Assembly: GCA_965213675.1 (NCBI GenBank)
Contig: CBDCAF010000016.1
Span: 8,871-72,870, forward strand
DNA length: 64,000 bases
Direction: 5' to 3'
DNA from: an uncultured Candidatus Binatia bacterium
GTDB lineage: Bacteria > Desulfobacterota > Binatia > UBA9968 > JAJDTQ01
The notes under the pieces were generated by a model, which searched no databases, had not been told where the DNA came from, and saw only the letters and a program-made list of their open reading frames with translations. The position numbers and the translations under genes are program-made. How positions within the stretch are numbered: position 1 is the stretch's first letter; every line of letters begins with the position of its first letter. Positions 46,915 to 56,962 of this stretch are shown here, piece by piece.

Positions 46915-47838
46915 ATGAAGAAGTTGGTTCTGGAAAGCACCGCGCCGTTTCAAGGGCTGTGTGAGCTGGTGGCCTACAACGAAGGGCTGTTCGAGAAGGA
47001 AGGCATTCAGGTCGAGTTCGCCGACAGAGGCACCGGCGACATTCAGACCCACACCGACCTCACCAATCCCAAGGACGCCAACCCCCACGCGAGCCACGGC
47101 ATGCTCTTCGAAGAGGGCAAGGCCGACATGTACAATGCGTGTGAATGGGGCAACTACTGCCGGGTGCAGGATTCGGCCGTCGACAGTGGCCGGCAGATCG
47201 GCCGCCGCTCCATCATCGCGTACTCAGGGCTCGTGGTCCGGCCCGACTCGCCGGTGCAGACCGCCCAGCAGCTCGCCAACCGGCTGGTGGGCGTGCCGTT
47301 CTATTTCGGCACCCACTATCTGGCCCTGCACATGCTCGAGGGCTTCCTCACCCGCGACGAGATCAAGCTCTGTCAGGCGCCGCGCGGCTCGCGCTTCCGT
47401 CTGGAGTCGGTGATGAAGGGCGAGATCGAGGCCACGACGCTCACCGAGCCGTACCTGACGCTGGCGGAGAAGAAGGGTTGCCGCATCGTGGCGGCCGCTT
47501 CGCTCCACGGCACCGAGGTCGCGGCGGACACCGTGGACGCCGAGACCTACGCAATGTTCAACCGCGCCGTGTGCGAGGCCGTGCGCCGGGTCAACGCCGA
47601 CAAGAGAAAGTACCTGCAGTACTTCATCGACTACCACAAGGACGATCCGGAGATCGCCGCCCTGACCGTCGACGACCTGCGCGAGAGCCGCCTCGTGGTG
47701 GTGGATCCGGCGCCGATTCCCGCCGACGAACTGGAGCGGACGGCGGCCTGGATCAAGAGCTGGGGTTTGCTCGACGAGGACAAGCCGGCCGTGGAGTTGG
47801 TGAATCCGGAGGTCCAGGAAAGCGGCCACGCTCTGTAG
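46915..47838 (+). CDS. NMT1/THI5-like (SsuA/TauA-fold) binding protein without an obvious signal peptide
   Basis: 307 aa. AAGGAG RBS and periplasmic-binding-fold sequence, but the N-terminus MKKLVLESTAPFQG lacks a hydrophobic leader. Confidence 0.65.
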   Translation: MKKLVLESTAPFQGLCELVAYNEGLFEKEGIQVEFADRGTGDIQTHTDLTNPKDANPHASHGMLFEEGKADMYNACEWGNYCRVQDSAVDSGRQIGRRSIIAYSGLVVRPDSPVQTAQQLANRLVGVPFYFGTHYLALHMLEGFLTRDEIKLCQAPRGSRFRLESVMKGEIEATTLTEPYLTLAEKKGCRIVAAASLHGTEVAADTVDAETYAMFNRAVCEAVRRVNADKRKYLQYFIDYHKDDPEIAALTVDDLRESRLVVVDPAPIPADELERTAAWIKSWGLLDEDKPAVELVNPEVQESGHAL

Positions 47839-47908
47839 GCGGCATCCTGGGAGCTTCAGCGAGCCGCAGAGCGCCGCCGCAGGCAGGCACATCGCGGCAA
47901 ACGGTTCA

Positions 47909-47950
47909 GAAAACGGGAAGGCCCCCATGGGGCTTTCCCGTTTTTTCTTT
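47909..47950. terminator. Bidirectional Rho-independent terminator
   Basis: GAAAACGGGAAGGCCCC-CAT-GGGGCTTTCCCGTTTT followed by TTTTCTTT, with an A-run on the other side. Lies between convergent genes. Confidence 0.8.
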
Positions 47951-48014
47951 CCGCACCGCCATGCCGGCGAGCCCGCGGCGGCGCGCACCCCCGGCGGCCT
48001 CTCACCGGACGCGG

Positions 48015-48686
48015 CTACCGCCCCGCAGGCACGCTGGCCCGAAGGCGCCTGACCCCTTGGGCGGCGCCCCCCGGCGCCTTGTAGACGGAGGAGCCCGCCA
48101 CCAGCAGCCGCGCGCCCCCGGCCACGACCCGCGCGGCGTTGTCCGGGCCGATGCCGCCGTCGATCTCCACCGCGGGATCCAGGCCGCGCTCGTCGAGCAT
48201 GCGCCGGAGGCGGTGCAGCTTGTCCACGCTGCTCTCGATGAAGCTTTGGCCGCCAAAACCCGGGTTCACGCTCATGAGGAGGATCTGATCCAGTTCCGGC
48301 AGGATCTCGTCCAGGGTGGCCAGAGGCGTGGCCGGGTTGAGCACCACGCCGGCCCTCTTGCCCAGGGACTTGATCTGCTGCACGGTGCGGTGCAGGTGCG
48401 CGCAGGCCTCCTGATGCACCAACAGGGTGTCGGCGCCGGCCTTGGCAAAGTCTTCCAGGTAGCGTTCCGGCTCGACGATCATCAAGTGCACGTCCAGGGG
48501 CAACCCGGTGCTGCGCCGCGCCGCCTCGACGATGAGCGGGCCGATGGTGATATTGGGCACGAAGCGGCCGTCCATCACGTCCACGTGGATGCCGTCGGCG
48601 CCGGCCTCCTCCACGTCGGCGATCTGTTGTCCGAGGATTCGGAAGTCCGCGGAGAGGATGGATGGGAGTATCTCGATTGCGCTCAT
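48015..48686 (-). CDS. rpe: Ribulose-phosphate 3-epimerase
   Basis: [15 protein letters not shown]...[12 protein letters not shown]...[10 protein letters not shown]. The start at ATG 48686 is in frame with the listed longer ORF. Confidence 0.92.
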   Translation of the reverse strand: MSAIEILPSILSADFRILGQQIADVEEAGADGIHVDVMDGRFVPNITIGPLIVEAARRSTGLPLDVHLMIVEPERYLEDFAKAGADTLLVHQEACAHLHRTVQQIKSLGKRAGVVLNPATPLATLDEILPELDQILLMSVNPGFGGQSFIESSVDKLHRLRRMLDERGLDPAVEIDGGIGPDNAARVVAGGARLLVAGSSVYKAPGGAAQGVRRLRASVPAGR

Positions 48687-48718
48687 GCGGGTTCCGGTCG
48701 TGTTCTCTCCCCGATCAT

Positions 48719-49861
48719 TCAGGACGACGCGCCGCCGCGGTCCGCGGCCTTGCGGCATTCCGCCTCCACCGCCGCGAGCAGTTTGTCGAAGGCGTCGGAG
48801 AATAGTCGCACGCCGTCTTCCAGGAGCTTGTCCGTCACCTCCTTCATGGACACGCCCGCGGCCTCGAGGGCCGCCATCGTCCCTGCCGCGGCCTCGACAT
48901 CTTCCTCCAGGCTGTTCCGCGCCTTGCCGTGATCCCGGAACGCGTCCAGCGTGGCGGGCGGAATGGTGTTGACCGTGTCCGCGCCGATGAGCTCGTCGAC
49001 GTACCGCACGTCGGGATAGTCCGGGTTCTTGGTGCTGGTGCTGGCCCACAGGAGCCGTTGGGGCCGCGCGCCCCTGCCCGCCAGCGCCTGCCAGCCTTCG
49101 CCCTGGAGGATCTCCTTGTAGCGCTTGTACGTCACCTTGGCGTTGGCGATGGCGACCTGGCCCATGAGGGCGCGCAAACGTTCCTTCTCCCCTTCGGCGG
49201 CGGTCTCCATGCGCTTCGCGAGGGTGTCGTCCACCAAAGTGTCGATGCGCGAGATGAAGAAACTCGCGACGCTGGCGATGCGCGCCACGTCGCGCCCGCC
49301 GGCGGCGGCCTGGGCCAGCCCGCGGATGTAGGCCTGCGCCACCTGCTCGTAGGCCTCCCGGGCGAACAGCAGGGTCACGTTGACGCTGATGCCTTCGCCG
49401 ATCAAGCGCTCGATGGCCGGCACTCCCGCGGGCGTGCCCGGTACCTTGATCATCAGGTTGTCCCGCGCCACCGTGTTCCACAGCCGCCGGGCCTCGGCCA
49501 CGGTTCCCTCGGTGTCGTGGGCGAGGTAGGGCGACACCTCCAGGCTGACGTAGCCGTCGCGGCCGTCGGTCTCGTCGTACACGGTCCGCAGCACGTCCGC
49601 CGCCTCCTGGATGTCGCGGGTGGCGATGGCCTCGTAGACCGCCTTGGGGTCCGCCGGCCCGTCTACGCTGCGCGCGAGGAGATCGTCGTAGTCGTCGCTG
49701 TCCGCCACCGCTTTCTCGAAGATGGCCGGATTGGACGTCACCCCCGTGAGGCCGTCCTCGTCCACCAGACGCCGCAACGCGCCGCCGGTGAGCAGCTTCC
49801 GCTGGATGAAGTCCAGCCAGACGGACTGGCCGTGTTCGTTCAGTGTCTTCAAGGGGTTCAT
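48719..49861 (-). CDS. tal: Transaldolase
   Basis: QSVWLDFI...[11 protein letters not shown] motifs. 380 aa. GGAGGA RBS. The start overlaps the tkt stop (ATGA). Confidence 0.9.
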   Translation of the reverse strand: MNPLKTLNEHGQSVWLDFIQRKLLTGGALRRLVDEDGLTGVTSNPAIFEKAVADSDDYDDLLARSVDGPADPKAVYEAIATRDIQEAADVLRTVYDETDGRDGYVSLEVSPYLAHDTEGTVAEARRLWNTVARDNLMIKVPGTPAGVPAIERLIGEGISVNVTLLFAREAYEQVAQAYIRGLAQAAAGGRDVARIASVASFFISRIDTLVDDTLAKRMETAAEGEKERLRALMGQVAIANAKVTYKRYKEILQGEGWQALAGRGARPQRLLWASTSTKNPDYPDVRYVDELIGADTVNTIPPATLDAFRDHGKARNSLEEDVEAAAGTMAALEAAGVSMKEVTDKLLEDGVRLFSDAFDKLLAAVEAECRKAADRGGASS

Positions 49862-51924
49862 GTTCTCCTCCGTGCGAGCTGCTCTCTGGCCGCTGCGACG
49901 ATGTCGGCCGCGGTAAAGCCGAACTTTTCCTGCAGGTCCTTGAGGGGCGCTGACGCGCCAAAGGAGCGCATGCCGATCTGGTGGCCGGTGAGGCCGGTGT
50001 ACTTGCTCCAGCCGAACACCGACGCCTGCTCCACCGACACCCGCGCCGTGACCTCCGGCGGGATCACGCTGTCGCGGTAGTCCGCGTCCTGGTCGTCGAA
50101 CAACTCCCAACACGGCATGCTCACCACCCGCGCCTTGACGCCTTCCGCCGTCAAGGTCTCGTAGGCCTCCACGCACAGGGATACCTCGCTGCCGGTGGCC
50201 AGCAGCAGCACCTCGGGCTTCCCGCCGGGGGCGTCCGCAAGCACGTAGGCGCCCCGGGCCACGCCGTCGGCCGAGCCGTAGCGGGTGCGGTTCAGGGTCG
50301 GCAGCGCCTGCCGCGTGAGGACCAGCACCGCGGGCTCGTGGTGCAGCTTCATGATGACCTTCCACGCCTCGGTGACCTCGTTGGCGTCGGCCGGGCGCAG
50401 CACCATCAGGCCCGGAACGGCCCGCAGCGAGGCCAGATGCTCCACCGGCTGGTGCGTGGGCCCGTCCTCCCCCACTCCGATGGAATCGTGGGTGAAGACG
50501 TGGACCACCGGCAGTTCCATGAGCGCGCTCAGCCGCATGGCGCCGCGGGCGTAGTCGCTGAAGATGAGGAAGCCCGCGCCGAAGGCGCGCACCTTGACCA
50601 GCGCCATGCCGTTCATGACCGAAGCCATGGCGTGCTCCCGGACGCCGAAATGGAGGTTGCGCCCGGCGGGGTTTTCGGCCGAGAAGTCGCCGGCTTCGTC
50701 GAAAGTGAGGCGCGTCTTGGTGGACGGCGCCAGGTCCGCGGCGCCGCCCAGGAGCCACGGCACGTTCCGCGCCAGCGCGTTCAGCACCTGGCCGGAGGCG
50801 TCGCGGCCCGCCAGGCCCTTGGGGTCCACGGGGAACTCCGGCAGGTCCCGGTCCCAGCCGTTGGGAAGCTGGCGGTGCTGCATCCGGTAGAGTTCGCGGG
50901 CATGCTCGGGATACCGCGTCCGGTAGGATTCGATGCGCGCGAACCATGCGTCCCGCAGGGTCTTTCCGCGCTCTCCCATACCCGCCCGAAAGTGCTCCCG
51001 GACTCCCTCGGGAACATGAAACAGCGCATCCTCGGGCCAACCGTAGCGCCTCTTGGTGAGCTTCACCTCGTCCGCCCCCAGGGGCTCGCCGTGGGCGCCG
51101 CTGGTGTCCTGTTTGTTGGGCGAGCCGTAGCCGATGTGGCTGTCCACGATCATCAGGGTGGGCCGGTCCGTGGTGTGGTGAAACGCGCGGAACGCACGCT
51201 CCAGCATCTCCAGGTCGTTGGCGTCACCCACCCGGACCACGTTCCAGCCCAAGCCCAGAAAGCGCGTGGCCACGTCATCGGAGAAGGCCAGGGCGGTGTG
51301 GCCCTCGATGGTGATGCGGTTGTTGTCGTAGATCCAGCACAGCTTGGAGAGCTTCAGGTGCGCGGCCAGGGACGCTGCCTCGCCGCTGACGCCCTCCATC
51401 ATGCAGCCGTCGCCGCACAGGGCATACACGTCGAAGTCGATGAGGTCCTCGAAGCCGCGCTGATTGTAGCGGGCGGCCATCCAGCGCCCGGCGATGGCCA
51501 TGCCCACGCTCGTCGCCACCCCCTGTCCCAAGGGGCCGGTGGTGGTCTCCACTCCCGAGGTCCAGCGGTATTCGGGGTGGCCCGGGCAGCGGCTGTCCAG
51601 TTGCCGGAACTGCTTCAGCGCCTCCAGCCGCACCGATAGTTGGCCGTCGGTCTCGTAGTCCTTGCCCACCGCCTTGACACCGGTGAGATGCAGCAGCGAA
51701 TAGAGCAGCATGGAAGCGTGCCCGGCCGATAGCACGAAGCGGTCCCGGTTGGGCCAGATGGGATCGTCGGGATCGAAGCGCAGAAAGCGCTGCCACAGGC
51801 AGTAGGCCACCGGCGCCATCGCCATGGGTGTGCCCGGATGGCCGGAGTTGGCCTGCTGAACCCCGTCGATGGACAAGGTCCGGATGGTGTTGATGCACAA
51901 TTCGTCCAGCGTCGCGTCATTCAT
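49858..51924 (-). CDS. tkt: Transketolase
   Basis: [12 protein letters not shown], ThDP motif GDGCMMEG and a transketolase C-terminal domain. Start at MNDATLDEL (ATG 51924). Confidence 0.93.
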   Translation of the reverse strand: MNDATLDELCINTIRTLSIDGVQQANSGHPGTPMAMAPVAYCLWQRFLRFDPDDPIWPNRDRFVLSAGHASMLLYSLLHLTGVKAVGKDYETDGQLSVRLEALKQFRQLDSRCPGHPEYRWTSGVETTTGPLGQGVATSVGMAIAGRWMAARYNQRGFEDLIDFDVYALCGDGCMMEGVSGEAASLAAHLKLSKLCWIYDNNRITIEGHTALAFSDDVATRFLGLGWNVVRVGDANDLEMLERAFRAFHHTTDRPTLMIVDSHIGYGSPNKQDTSGAHGEPLGADEVKLTKRRYGWPEDALFHVPEGVREHFRAGMGERGKTLRDAWFARIESYRTRYPEHARELYRMQHRQLPNGWDRDLPEFPVDPKGLAGRDASGQVLNALARNVPWLLGGAADLAPSTKTRLTFDEAGDFSAENPAGRNLHFGVREHAMASVMNGMALVKVRAFGAGFLIFSDYARGAMRLSALMELPVVHVFTHDSIGVGEDGPTHQPVEHLASLRAVPGLMVLRPADANEVTEAWKVIMKLHHEPAVLVLTRQALPTLNRTRYGSADGVARGAYVLADAPGGKPEVLLLATGSEVSLCVEAYETLTAEGVKARVVSMPCWELFDDQDADYRDSVIPPEVTARVSVEQASVFGWSKYTGLTGHQIGMRSFGASAPLKDLQEKFGFTAADIVAAAREQLARRRT

Positions 51925-52067
51925 GGATGAAACCCCGCGTGTCGTCACTGACTCCTGTTCGGGCCAGGGTCCAGTGTGCCAGAGGACGAGGGCCGAATAC
52001 AACGCTCCCTGCCCGGCTCACGTGGCTTCCGCAACCGGCAGCGCTTCCGCAACGCCATCCCTTCGGT

Positions 52068-52170
52068 CGGTCGATTGAGGAGAATATCAAGTCAAATTTG
52101 ACGAAATCGAGCGGCCGAAGGAACGGATGAGAGCGGATTTGCAGCCGTGAATTCCTGCGGCGCAGGCTCC
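52068..52170. repeat. Partial copy of the repeat family seen at 42429-42589
   Basis: Shares clustered blocks GATTGAGGAGAATAT, GACGAAATC, GCGGATTTG and ATTCCTGCGGCGCA (the last inverted) with the 42.4-42.6 kb element. Confidence 0.35.
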
Positions 52171-52713
52171 CATGGGCCGTTCGCCCCCTGCCCCGTCGTC
52201 AGCCGTGCTAAGCGGACTCCAGTTGATCGCCGATGGGGAGGGTACGGATACGCTTTCGACCTCGGTCTTCTCGATGCCGAGCGCCTCCGCAACATACTGC
52301 CGGGTCTCGTTGGGTGCCTGGGTGGAGGTCACGACCCTGACAGGCATACGGGTAGCGTCGGCCAAGGCGACCGGCGGCTCCATCGGCGTGTGGACAAGGT
52401 AGGGCACAAAATACTCTGCCTCAACCACCCGGACGGCCGAGCCCAGCGCCTCGTCAACGTTGCCCCGGTCGCGGATTACGTGGCGGCCGGCTGCGCCCAG
52501 TTCGCGCATGACCTCGAAGTGGTGGCGGATGCTGCGCGAACCGTCGGTGTTCTGCTGGTCCTTGCCGGCGGGGTCGAACCTGGTCTCGTCGCCCGGCGCC
52601 TGCCGGATCCTGACCCGTTGCCAATCGGCTTCGAGTTCGTCAGCGAGGATCATGGCGATGCCGGTGCGCACGATCATGGTTCGACCAACGCAACCGGCGC
52701 GGAACCTTGCCAC
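52087..52713 (-). pseudogene. Remnant of a molybdopterin-dependent oxidoreductase beta subunit (IorB-like)
   Basis: Contains family blocks (ILADELEADWQRVRIRQAP; VVEAEYFVPYLVHTPMEPP; VVTSTQAPNETRQYVAEALGI). It lacks the N-terminus, has an internal deletion and ends out of frame. Confidence 0.55.
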
Positions 52714-52818
52714 CGACCGCGCAGAACCCCAGAATAGCGGGCGGTATCATCAGAGGCGCGGCGAGGGGATGCGCGTGGCCGCGGGCGCGTGTCACCGCGT
52801 TTTTCCCTCGTCTCTCGT

Positions 52819-54066
52819 TCATCGCTGCGGCGCGTACCAGCCTGCCAGGCCTTTTTGCAACCGGGCGCCGAGCTCTTCGGCGGTCGCCGTCCCGATGATC
52901 GCTTCCACCGACGCATCCCAGGTCTCCTGTTCCAGATTCGGCGTACCCCGCGACAGGATCCGGGACGTGGAACGGATGGTCGAACGGCAGTCGCTACGCC
53001 AGAACAGAAACGTGCGAGCCAGCGGGTCGTCTATCTTCACGGGATGATCCGACAGCGGGTAGAATCCAGGCAACGCATTGGCGTAGAGCGAAGCGAACTC
53101 GGCCGAGCTGACCCAGTTCAGGAAGGCCCGCGCCGCATGCGCATTGGGACTGGCAGTGTTCAGACCAATGGCGATGTCGATGTGGTCGGAAATATGACAT
53201 TCGTCGCCCGACTCCCGCACGGGCGGCCTGAAAGCGCCAATGCTGAACCCGGCGCGGGAGTGGAAGCCGGCGATCTCCCAACTCCCGGCGGGATAGACAG
53301 CCGCGCGGCCTCGGGCGAAGAGGTCCTGGCTGTCCCGGTAGCGGCGCGTCTCATACCCGTCTCCCAGATAACGGCGCCACCGGGCCAGTGTCCGGTAGGG
53401 GGCAACCCAAGGCTCGTCGGTCAGCTTCTGCCGGCCGGCGACCAGGGCGCGACGGCCTTCCTCCCCCTTCCAATAGGTCGGCCCGATGTTGTTGTAACCC
53501 ATGGTCGCGGCTTCCCAGCGGTCGTGGAGGCCCATCGCCATCGGGACCCAGGAGCCGTCTTCCCGGATTCTTTCAAGGACCGCGAAAAACGCGGCTTCCG
53601 TTTCGGGTGGATCGAGACCGAGTTTACCGAACGCGTCCCGGTTGTAGAGAAACCCGTGGATCACGGATGCCACCGGCACGCAGAAGGTCGCCGAACCGTC
53701 ATCCGTCTGCCAAGCTGATTTTGCCGTACTCGAGAAACTCGCCAAACCAGGCAGGTCGTCGAGTTCGGCGAGGCGCCCGGCTTCGTACAGAGCCAGGGAC
53801 GCGTCGAATGGACGACACGTGATCAGGTCCCCCGCGGCGCCCGCATCAAGCCGGGCGCTCAAGGCCGCATCATAGCCGGCGGGCGCCGTCGGCCTGAACC
53901 GCACCTCTATATCCGGGTGGCCTGCCTCGAAGGCCGGTATCAACTTCTCCTCCCAGATGGCGCGGTCGTCCTCTCTCCAGCTTTCGAGGACGACGCTCGT
54001 CCGGGCGAAGGCCCCGCCTTGCACAAGCAGGATAAGCAGAACGAACAATAGACCAAAAGACTTCAT
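52819..54066 (-). CDS. ABC transporter extracellular solute-binding protein (family 1, sugar-type)
   Basis: Signal peptide MKSFGLLFVLLILLVQGGAFA followed by an SBP_bac_1-like sequence. 415 aa. Confidence 0.85.
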   Translation of the reverse strand: MKSFGLLFVLLILLVQGGAFARTSVVLESWREDDRAIWEEKLIPAFEAGHPDIEVRFRPTAPAGYDAALSARLDAGAAGDLITCRPFDASLALYEAGRLAELDDLPGLASFSSTAKSAWQTDDGSATFCVPVASVIHGFLYNRDAFGKLGLDPPETEAAFFAVLERIREDGSWVPMAMGLHDRWEAATMGYNNIGPTYWKGEEGRRALVAGRQKLTDEPWVAPYRTLARWRRYLGDGYETRRYRDSQDLFARGRAAVYPAGSWEIAGFHSRAGFSIGAFRPPVRESGDECHISDHIDIAIGLNTASPNAHAARAFLNWVSSAEFASLYANALPGFYPLSDHPVKIDDPLARTFLFWRSDCRSTIRSTSRILSRGTPNLEQETWDASVEAIIGTATAEELGARLQKGLAGWYAPQR

Positions 54067-54377
54067 CCCGTTTCCCCTGTTCCGTGCGCCGACGTCCTGA
54101 CGGGAGCCAGCCCCCGAAGGACGCGTGTTCTCCACCCCGGGACTCATGCCACCGGGCGCATGGCCACGGCCGCAGGTACCCAAACTTCGTTCTTCCCCAA
54201 CGGAGGTCCTCCCATCCTCCATGCTTGTGCCGCCGGGGTCGCGGATGACTGCGGCGCCGTGCGTCCGCTACGACGGGCAGTCTTGCACCGTGATCGTCAC
54301 TATGCCAATGCTGGCCGATTCACCGAGGTCACCGGAGAAACTCGACATTCCCGGCTGGAGAAAGGGGGATGTCCTCC

Positions 54378-54749
54378 ATGTGGCGCGTTGCCGTTATGCT
54401 CCTGTTCTTGTTGACTGCCTGTTCGGGGAGCGACAAGAAAACGGCGTTGGAAGTCCTTCGTCATACGGAGGTGGTCGGAGAAATCGCCAAGGTCATCGAT
54501 TTGGCCGAATACAGCGCCACGGCGACGCGGCAGGGAGTCCAATGGACCCCCTCGCAGGACCCGGGCGGCATGATCCATTACACCGGAATACACCCTATCT
54601 CTGCCGCCTTCCTGTCCAACGAACTGGGACCATCTCATAGATCCCTTGTGGTCAACGTCCGGTCCGCGTTGACGGACCACGACGGGCAGGCCGAAATACA
54701 CCTAACGGTGATTCAGGGTATACTTGGACGCAGGGGAGCATCACGATGA
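54378..54749 (+). CDS. Hypothetical lipoprotein
   Basis: MWRVAVMLLFLLTAC lipobox. No recognisable domain. Confidence 0.45.
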   Translation: MWRVAVMLLFLLTACSGSDKKTALEVLRHTEVVGEIAKVIDLAEYSATATRQGVQWTPSQDPGGMIHYTGIHPISAAFLSNELGPSHRSLVVNVRSALTDHDGQAEIHLTVIQGILGRRGASR

Positions 54750-54833
54750 GGCTTCCGGCGCGAGAGATCATTGTCCGGCTTCGTGCGGACCGATGCAGAA
54801 GCCAAACGGTCCTTTGACGACGGGAGGCATGGA

Positions 54834-55055
54834 ATGAACATACGCTTAACCCTAGTTGTGGAACGTGAGGATGACGGCTATGTGGCCCTCTGCCCGGAGG
54901 TCGATGTCGCGAGCCAGGGCGGAACCGTCGCAGAGGCACGCGACAATCTTGCCGAGGCGCTTGCTTTGTTCTTCGAGGCTGCAACCGCCGAGGAAGTCGG
55001 TCGACGCGTTCGCGACGAGATATATGTGACGCAGATTGAGGTTGCGGTTGGCTAG
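54834..55055 (+). CDS. hicB: HicB-family antitoxin (UPF0150)
   Basis: MNIRLTLVVEREDDGYVALCPEVDVASQGGTVAEARDNLAEAL is typical of HicB. GGGAGG RBS. Confidence 0.8.
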   Translation: MNIRLTLVVEREDDGYVALCPEVDVASQGGTVAEARDNLAEALALFFEAATAEEVGRRVRDEIYVTQIEVAVG

Positions 55056-55266
55056 GCTGCGCGTCCTTTCGGTACGGGATGTCTGCCGCTTTCTCGCCGC
55101 GCACGGCTTCGTCGAAGTCCGACTACGCGGCAGTCACATCGCGATGCAGAAGGCCGATGCCGACGGTACGGTCACGGTTCCGGTGCCGGATCACCGAGAA
55201 TTGCGAGCCGGCACACTGCTGTCGTTCGTCCGCCAGTCGGGCGTACCTCGCTCGCAATTCGAGTAA
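55036..55266 (+). CDS. hicA: HicA-family mRNA interferase toxin
   Basis: ...FLAAHGFVEVRLRGSHIAMQK...TVTVPVPDHRELRAGTLLSFVRQSG matches the HicA pattern including the catalytic GSH. Non-ATG start (TTG 55036 or 55048). Confidence 0.8.
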   Translation: MRLRLARLRVLSVRDVCRFLAAHGFVEVRLRGSHIAMQKADADGTVTVPVPDHRELRAGTLLSFVRQSGVPRSQFE

Positions 55267-55520
55267 GGATCGCGAGGGCGACCATCACAGTCACTCATGC
55301 CGGGCAAGCCACGGATCACTGTCGTTCGCGGGATGCATGTCCAGCTTCTTTCCCACGATCGCCCAGGGGTTCTGGGGGAGAGCTTGCCGATCGACTGGTT
55401 GCGGCGGCGTCTCTCGCGGCTCTGCTGGCTCCGTCGCTGTTGCTGGCATCCAGCGTCGGCATCGATCTGATACCGGGGTTCCTCGCACGACCGAAACGAT
55501 TGTTCCGCGCGCGGGACGCG

Positions 55521-56741
55521 TCACGCGCGGGCGTCTTCTTTCCGGACGTATCCCTTCAAGAGATCGGCCGCGATGCTGTCGGAGATGCGGATGGCGGACT
55601 CACGCACCGAGTCCCGGGCCAGATGCGCATACCGCGCGGTGGTTTCCACCCGGGCGTGACCGAGCAGCCTCCGGATCATCGGCAATCCTTCGCCCAAAGC
55701 GAGCGCTCTGGAGGCGAACGAATGCCGGCATTCATGAATCCGTACGCCATGCAGCCCCGCCCGCTCGCGCAGCCGCAGCCAGACCGCGTCGAGGTTCTTG
55801 AGGGTCCCCGGCCTTCTGCCCGGTAATCACCCACGGGTTGCCTTCAATACGCGGGATGCGTTGGAGCACCACTTCCACCGCCGGAGTCAGCGCCACACAG
55901 CGATGCCCCGTCTTGCCGTCGCGGAGGTGCAGTTCTCTGGCGGCCCAATCCACGTCGTCCCACCTGAGCGTCACGATCTCGTTCCTGCGGCAGCCGGTGA
56001 GCAGCAGCAAACGGATCGCCGCGATGGCGGACGGAGACGCGGAACCGTCGGCCTCCGCCTCCTCGAGCACGCCGCCGAGCTTGCGGTACTCCCCAGGCGT
56101 GAGGAACCGCTCGCGGCGGTCCTCCCTGTAGCGCCGCACCGACCGGCACGGATTGCGCCGCGGCGGCGTCATGCCCCAGGCCTCGGCAAGGCGGAACATC
56201 CTGGCAAGCACCGTCACCGCCTGGTTCGCCTGATAGGGCTTGTCGCGCAACTTGTGGTACAGAGCCAGGACCTGTGGGCGGTCCACCACCGAGAGCCGCA
56301 GGTTCCCCAACTCCGGCACGACATACAGCCGCAACAACCGCTCAAAGGCTTCCACCGTCCCCGGGCGGCAGTTCACCCGGACATGGGCCTCCACGGAGCG
56401 CTCGGCGAGTTCGGCAACGGTGGGCTCGGGAGCGGTCTGTGCCGGTTCCGGATCGAGGCCGCGCTTGATGCAGTCAATCACGGTCGCCGCCTTGCGCCGA
56501 GCCTCGTCCGGCGCCATTTCTCCGTAGCGGCCGAGGGCGAAGCGCTTCGGCCCGCCCGCAGGACCGCATGTCTGGACGCACCAGACCTTGCGTCCGGAGG
56601 CGTAGATGCTATGCCGAAGCCAAGCAGGTCGCGGTCCCAAACCACGGGATCGCCGGATTCGACCGACAGTGCATCAAGGGCGCGTTTGGTAAGCTTGTCG
56701 GGCCATGGGCCGTGCTTCACCGGTCTCGGATCCCGGCCCAT
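55521..56741 (-). pseudogene. Tyrosine recombinase (P4-like integrase with DUF4102-type N-terminus), frameshifted
   Basis: Three reading-frame pieces. The N-terminus is ...VWDRDLLGFGI, with a frameshift near 56606-56612. The core carries TGCRRNE, with a frameshift near 55800-55815. The C-terminus carries HECRHSFAS...LGHARVETTARYAH. Confidence 0.8.
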
Positions 56742-56962
56742 GATTTCATTCGGGCAACCGGAGAGGAGCACAGCCGATCCGTCATGGCCACGCAATCGAC
56801 AGTGATCAATTCAGAGGTAGTGGGAGTCAGCGCATGTCGTTGGAATGCAAACCGGCGCACATCGGGACGTGCAATGTAACATATTGAAAAACATGACAAA
56901 AACAGACAACGTGCACAACCACATGCGGTAGGCACACCCAAACGGCAAAGTTGCAGGATATA

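Noticed and set aside
48015-51040. 648-aa and 773-aa ORFs suggesting large fused proteins.
   Set aside because: Only their C-terminal parts match rpe and tal. The upstream parts are shadow frames over tal and tkt, and internal ATGs with RBSs give canonical lengths.
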